A stretch of DNA of 64,000 bases from Caecitellus pseudoparvulus. Its lineage: Eukaryota; Protista; Bigyra: Bicosoecida. The DNA lies in contig CBFFRQ010000069.1 in assembly GCA_965644315.1 (NCBI GenBank), positions 558,001-622,000 on the forward strand, in the 5' to 3' direction. How positions within the stretch are numbered: position 1 is the first letter of the stretch; each line of letters opens with the position of its first letter. Positions 58,867-64,000 of this stretch are shown here, piece by piece. The notes beneath the pieces were generated by a model. It was given only the letters and a program-made list of their open reading frames with translations, had not been told where the DNA came from and made no database searches. The position numbers were made by a program, and so were the translations under genes.

Positions 58867-60783
58867 TCACTTCGCCTTCCGTGCAGCTGCTGCAGCGCTG
58901 CGGTGGGCTTGCCGTTTGAGCGCTGCACGACTGACAGGCGCCCCGTCGTCTCCTTCGCTGTCCGAGCTGGCGGCGTCGGCGCCTGGCCCCCTGCTCTCCA
59001 GGCCTTCATCGGAGTCACTGCCGATGGTGGACGGCACCTTCAGGCGCATGTTCAGGCCGCGCCCATTTACCGCGTCGATGTCACGGTCGGTGAGGGATGC
59101 GGCGAGGAATTCATCGATGCTGCCGTCCAGCCGCGCACCTCGTGAGGCCTGCGCCCCAGCTTGAGAGTCTTGACGGGAACTCGCACTGGCTGGGCGACCG
59201 GCAGAGTCTGCGCTGCCAAAGCCGGTGAGCGTTGCCGGGTCGATTTCGCCGCCTCCAAGCTGCCCGGTAATGCTCTCGACATGGCCCAGGACAGAGACGG
59301 TGGCGGTCTCCACTCCCTGCAACGTGTCCACCATACCAGTGTCGTCTTCGATGGGCACGCTGGCACGCCCCCGCCGCTTGTCCGTGTCGCGGTATGCCGT
59401 TGCCGTGGGCGGCAGCGCAACGCCAAGCTCCGCCACCGCCGGCGCCAGCGTGTCAGCCAGGTGCTCAATGCCCGCCTTGAGGTTGTTCAAGACGCCGGCG
59501 AGGTGGGCGAACTTGCTGCTGGCTTTGGCTTTCCGGCTGCTGGCCTCACCCACCTGCAGCTCCAGCTCCCCTTGCGCCTGCTTGCCACCCACCCGAGCAC
59601 CCGCCCCGCCAAACTTCACCTGCTCCACTCCCTCTCGCCGCGCTGCCAGCTCCTCATGCAGGTGGGCGATGCGAGCTGCGTTGTCTGCTGACAAGGCCTG
59701 CAAGGCGGCCAGCTGCTCCACCTGGGAGCCCAGTCGTTGGATGACTTCGTTTTCGTCGCGAACGCCGGTGACTTCCTGGATGGCCCGAAACGCCTCTTCA
59801 TACAAGTGCACTTTGCTAAGGGAGGCCGCTTCGGCACTGGCCATGTCCTCGATTTCTGCAAGGTTCGCAACCACTTCCTGCCGCAAAGCTTCTTCCTCGG
59901 CCGCCGTCAGGTCACGCTGCCCCGCCGCAGCCGCTCTGCGCCTGCGTTGCGTGCGTGACGCGCGGGCCTGCTTCAACGCAGCTTCCTCCTTGGCGCGCAA
60001 GGCCTTGATGCGCTTCTCGGCCTCAGTTTTCTGTTGCAAGGCCACCCGTTTCATGCCGTCGATGGCGGCAGTCTTGGCCTTCTCCGCCTCAGTGGCCAGG
60101 CCGCGCAGCTCCTTCAAGTCACTGCGCTTGGCAGTCAGCGTGGCTTCCAGCGCAGACAGCTGGTGGTCGAAGCTCATGCGTTCCTCTCGCAGGCGCTTCA
60201 CAATCTGTTCATATGTCTTGCGGATGCTCTGCGCTTCGTTGTACCTGCAGTGGCGGGGGGGGAGGGGGGGCGAGGCGTGCGGTTTGGCGTGCGGCGTGGC
60301 ATGTGCCTCGGCCGTTGGCTGTCGCGGCGACACGCACTTGAGCATGGCCTTGTCCAGGCGGTTCTCCAGCGCCCGCACCGCCCGCATCTCAGGTGTGTCC
60401 ACTGCAGTGGACCGCTGGCGGTGCAGGGCCATGAGCTCCTCCCGCAGGCGGGAGTACTCCTTGCTCTGCTTGGCCACGCTGTGCCGGCACGAGTCGTGCT
60501 TGCTTCGCCACAGCGTCACTTCCCCCGTCAAGCGCTCCTCCTCTGCCTCTGACAGGGCCACGCTGTGGGCAGCTGCGACATCGGACTGCAGGCGCGCCAA
60601 GCGCTCCTTCAAGGCCTTGTTTTCCTCACGCAGGGAGGAGATGGAGTCCTCGTTGCTGCGCTTGGTCTGCTCGAACGCTGCCATGTACCGCATGCGCTCG
60701 GCATTGAGGGAGACGAACTCGTCGCGCAGACGCTGCACCTCTCCACGTTTTCCACCCTCATGCCCGCCCATTGCCGCCGCCAT
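58867..60783 (-). CDS. Outer dynein arm docking-complex-type coiled-coil protein (CCDC151/ODAD3-like); in-frame intron 60337-60245
   Basis: After removing a 93-nt gtgcgt...gcag intron it reads RALENRLDKAMLK|YNEAQSIRKTYEQIVKRLREER; also YEEAFRAIQEVTGV. Confidence 0.8.
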   Translation of the reverse strand: MAAAMGGHEGGKRGEVQRLRDEFVSLNAERMRYMAAFEQTKRSNEDSISSLREENKALKERLARLQSDVAAAHSVALSEAEEERLTGEVTLWRSKHDSCRHSVAKQSKEYSRLREELMALHRQRSTAVDTPEMRAVRALENRLDKAMLKCVSPRQPTAEAHATPHAKPHASPPLPPRHCRYNEAQSIRKTYEQIVKRLREERMSFDHQLSALEATLTAKRSDLKELRGLATEAEKAKTAAIDGMKRVALQQKTEAEKRIKALRAKEEAALKQARASRTQRRRRAAAAGQRDLTAAEEEALRQEVVANLAEIEDMASAEAASLSKVHLYEEAFRAIQEVTGVRDENEVIQRLGSQVEQLAALQALSADNAARIAHLHEELAARREGVEQVKFGGAGARVGGKQAQGELELQVGEASSRKAKASSKFAHLAGVLNNLKAGIEHLADTLAPAVAELGVALPPTATAYRDTDKRRGRASVPIEDDTGMVDTLQGVETATVSVLGHVESITGQLGGGEIDPATLTGFGSADSAGRPASASSRQDSQAGAQASRGARLDGSIDEFLAASLTDRDIDAVNGRGLNMRLKVPSTIGSDSDEGLESRGPGADAASSDSEGDDGAPVSRAALKRQAHRSAAAAARKAK

Positions 60784-61106
60784 GCCCCCTGCTCCCCTGC
60801 CGTGCCGCCCGCGTCGCTCGGCGCACCAAATTCCGCTGCCGTTGCGGGCTGGAGCAGCCAGGAACGTGGAAGCGGCATTGACGGCCGGGTGCCATAAAGT
60901 ATCAGACAAGTATGAAATTGTGTGAGTCAGCAGTGACACGCGCTGCAGCTCCTGCCCCGACTCCCTTCGCTCACGCAGAGGGGGGCCCTGCAACCAGCCC
61001 CTGCGAAACGCAAGCACCGGAAGCGTGCCAGGTGCTGCCACTGGCCGCTGTGCTGTGGCAGGGCGGCTAGCTCGCGGGAGGCCAGACACTGCTCCCTTTC
61101 TCCAGT

Positions 61107-61912
61107 ATGGCAGCCTTTGATGCGGGGTCTGGCATCGAGTTCATGGCAGTGGCCAGGCTGTCCGATGGCGTGGTGCTTGCCTCCAAGGCCTTCGCGAGCC
61201 CCACAGCGTACGACTTCGCTGGGCGGGTGGGGCAGATCGCAGCTGCCCCAGCCCTGCTGACCATGATCGACCAACACGGCATGGTGGCAGACGGCGACCA
61301 CAACCTGTGCCTGGCCTTCCTGGACAAGCCTGCATACCTGCTGGCAGCTGTCATCTCCCCCGACTTCCCCGCGAAACGCCGGGTGCTGCCGAGCGGCACT
61401 GCGCCGGGCCAGCGCCTGCTGTCGGAGCTGGCTGTGGCGGTGCAGGGCACTGCTGGCGCCTCCTTGGCCACTGCTGGGCCGGGGGGCCTGAACCGGGCCC
61501 TGCAGCCGCACTTCAAACAGCTGTACACCAAGTGCGCGCCTTGCGGCGCGACTGGCCTGCTGCGCAGCACACGCCACCCCCCTCGGCCCCTGCCCCTGTG
61601 TGCCGCAGATACATGGACGCCAACGCGTGTGGGGACAAGTTGGGCTCTGTGCAGGAGAAGGTGGGGGAGGTGCGGGCGTCGCTGGTGTCCAACATGGACA
61701 AAGTGCTAGCCCGCGGCGAGAAGCTGGAGGCGCTGACGCAGAAGAGCGAACAGCTGAACAGCAGCGCAGGGCAGTTCCAGCAAGGCAGCACGGCCCTGCG
61801 CCGTGCCATGCAGTGCCGGTACTACAAGGTCACTGCAGTGCTGGCGGTGGTGGTGCTGGCGGTGCTGGCGTACATCCTCGTGCCTATCATCATGGCAGAA
61901 ACAGCCAAGTGA
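61107..61912 (+). CDS. Longin R-SNARE (VAMP7-like); exons 61107-61531 and 61609-61912
   Basis: Longin-like N-terminus, SNARE motif KLGSVQEKVGEVRASLVSNMDKVLARGEKLEAL and a C-terminal TM helix; 77-nt GT-AG intron. Confidence 0.88.
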
Positions 61913-62201
61913 GGCAGGGGGGCTTCACGTGCCCATGACAACAGGCAGTGCCAGGCAGTGCCAACCCTGAACCCTGCGGCATGCGAGTGAGACGTGGGTT
62001 GGCGGCTGGCGCCGCGCCGCCGACACCGGTCTCCAGCGCACCTGTCAGTGATGCAGAAGGGCCCCGCAGGCAATTCAATTCCAATGCACTGCATGTCGTG
62101 TTTCTCGGCTCCAGGAACCCCCTGGCACACGCCCTGAACGCTCCAGTGGAGGCCATAGCTCGCTCCCAGCGCCAGCCTGCGGAAATTGCGAGCGGGCCGC
62201 C

Positions 62202-64000
62202 ATGGCATCCGCAGACAACGCCGTAGTGCCTGTCAGCCGCCTCCAGCACAGGGAGGAGTATCAGCGCGTGGAATATTTGCTTCAGGTGTGTGCATGCACC
62301 GCTGCGCAGCGCTGGGCTGCTGTACCTGCGCGTTTCAGACTGCACCCTGAAACGCGTCTGCAACCAAGGCAGCATGGCAAACTGGCACAGCGGCATGCCC
62401 ATTCCACCGCTCGCCGCACAGCTCTGCCTCCGACACACTGGTGTGCGGGATTTGAAAGTCTGGAGGGTGGAGAACCCCCACTTGACGCTGCAGTTCGACC
62501 GCAGCGCTGGCAGCCTGCTGTGCCTGGAGTCGTGGGTGAATGTCGGCGCGCTGCCGAGCTACAACAAGATCCAGGATGTCTGCAGCAGGGGCTTCTACCT
62601 CCCCGAAGACGGCGGGGGGCTGTCCTTCAAGACTGGCCATGTGACGCTGGATTGTCCACCGGCAGGTGCGTGTGCGAGGCGAGCCGCGGCACATCCCGCG
62701 GCGCGTGCAGCCAATTTCCGCACGAGCACCCGCGGCTCTCACCACAGAAGGCGGCATCCACCAGCTGCTCCTGAGCAAAGTTGGCGTCGGGCGCTCATTC
62801 GTGCTGGAGGATGCCTCTGAAGCCGGCCCTGGTGGCCGAAGCCTGCCGGGTGGCTACAACAGCTTCTACGTGCACGGGGAGAGCGGGTCCTACAGCCACG
62901 AGTATGTCGTGCCTGACCCCGCCCAGGCACTGCCACAGTACATCGTGCACTTCACCCTGGACACCCGCGTCACGATGCCACCCCCGTCTGCCACTGACAT
63001 GGCCGCCCGCAAGAAGCACTTCCGCGCCCACATGGCCACGGTGAAGGAGCGCGTGCTGGAGGCGCTGGCGCAGCTAGGCCCGGCGGCCGGTGACCAGACG
63101 GAGGTGCTGTTGGCAGAGATTGCCGAGAAGTACGAGCAGGCCCTGACGGCGTCGTGCCAGGAGGACCCCCTGCTGGACGAGCGCAAGCGCAGCATCGACA
63201 AGGCCGTGGCGGCAATTTCCGCAAAGGTGGAGGCGGTGCAGGCCAACCACAAGGCCACAGAGGACGCCATCTACGCCCAGATGCAGCGCGTGCTGCAGCA
63301 GCTGAACTCCGCCACAGAAGCCAAGATCGCGGTGCTGCTGGCAGAGGAGCTGGAGCTGCGCCGTCAGAAGGAGCAAATCGACTGGACGGAGTCCTTCGTC
63401 GGCGTGCTGGCGGACACGCTGCCGCCCATGTCCTTCATCAGCGCCTGGGACAAGCACACCGCCATGCGGTCCACCCTGTACACTCAGGCTGGCGGCGGCG
63501 CTGCGTATGCGGCGGCCAGTGACATCCTGGACTCCGTCGCGGCGGACTCGCGGCTGGAGGGCAGTCTGCGAGTGACGTCAGGCGCCGACACCCCAGCTGG
63601 CGCCACCTCCCTCTCGGGTGGGCACAGTCCACGCCAGGCGCCCTACTCGGCCGCCTCCGCAGCCCTGCCGCCCTATGACGCCCACTTCTCGTCCACCCCC
63701 GCCACCCTCGCCTCCACGCTGCCCCCCCACCCAGCCATACACACCCAGCGTCCACTTCGCCCCCTCGCCCCCCGCCACGTACAGCACACCAGCGCTGCCG
63801 CCGGCACCCGCCAGCACAGCCATGGTGCCGGCAGCGGCGCCTGAGCCGGCCACTGTGCAGCAGGCCCAAGCTGCCGTACACGCAGCCCACGAGGAGCTGG
63901 CCAGCACCACCCGCCTGGCCGCCAGCATGCCCAGCAGCCAGGCCAAGGCGGCGCACGACATGGTGGCAGCCGCCACGGCCAAGCTGCAGGCCGCCCAGGC
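62202..64000 (+). CDS. Protein with PARP/ADP-ribosyltransferase-like fold plus coiled coil; 2 introns; probably runs off the window
   Basis: VWRVENPHL...LLLSKVGVGRS...GYNSFY...HEYVVPDPAQALPQYIVHF, followed by a coiled coil. The frame appears to shift at the C7 run near 63722. Confidence 0.6.

Noticed and set aside
59225-60925. Numerous long overlapping antisense ORFs (also 12323-13693, 33212-34591, 51097-52596)
   Set aside because: These are expected shadows of GC-rich coding sequence and show no recognisable motifs.

Overview
Gene-dense, GC-rich eukaryotic DNA with short GT-AG introns (mostly about 70-190 nt). The gene content (axonemal dynein heavy chain, docking-complex coiled-coil, an H2B starting MAKTPSK) suggests a flagellated protist, possibly a stramenopile; this is inference. 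About 20 protein-coding genes are present. Two regions stand out. (1) 28.9-38.6 kb: two ~99% identical Rab2 genes form direct repeats around a pair of diverged animal-type heme peroxidase genes. One is a ~1580-aa fusion of signal peptide, peroxidase, DOMON, cytochrome b561 (5 TM), cytochrome b5 and an FNR-type FAD/NAD(P)H reductase, i.e. a DUOX-like transmembrane redox chain built from non-NOX parts. The other is a secreted peroxidase-DOMON protein. (2) 44159-51011: a ~6.85-kb DNA transposon with CATCCGTCAC terminal inverted repeats, mirrored CTAG subterminal arrays, a Plavaka/CACTA-type transposase and a divergent spliced accessory gene, inserted 17 nt upstream of a host start codon. Family assignments come from motifs recognised by eye, and splice models were built manually.
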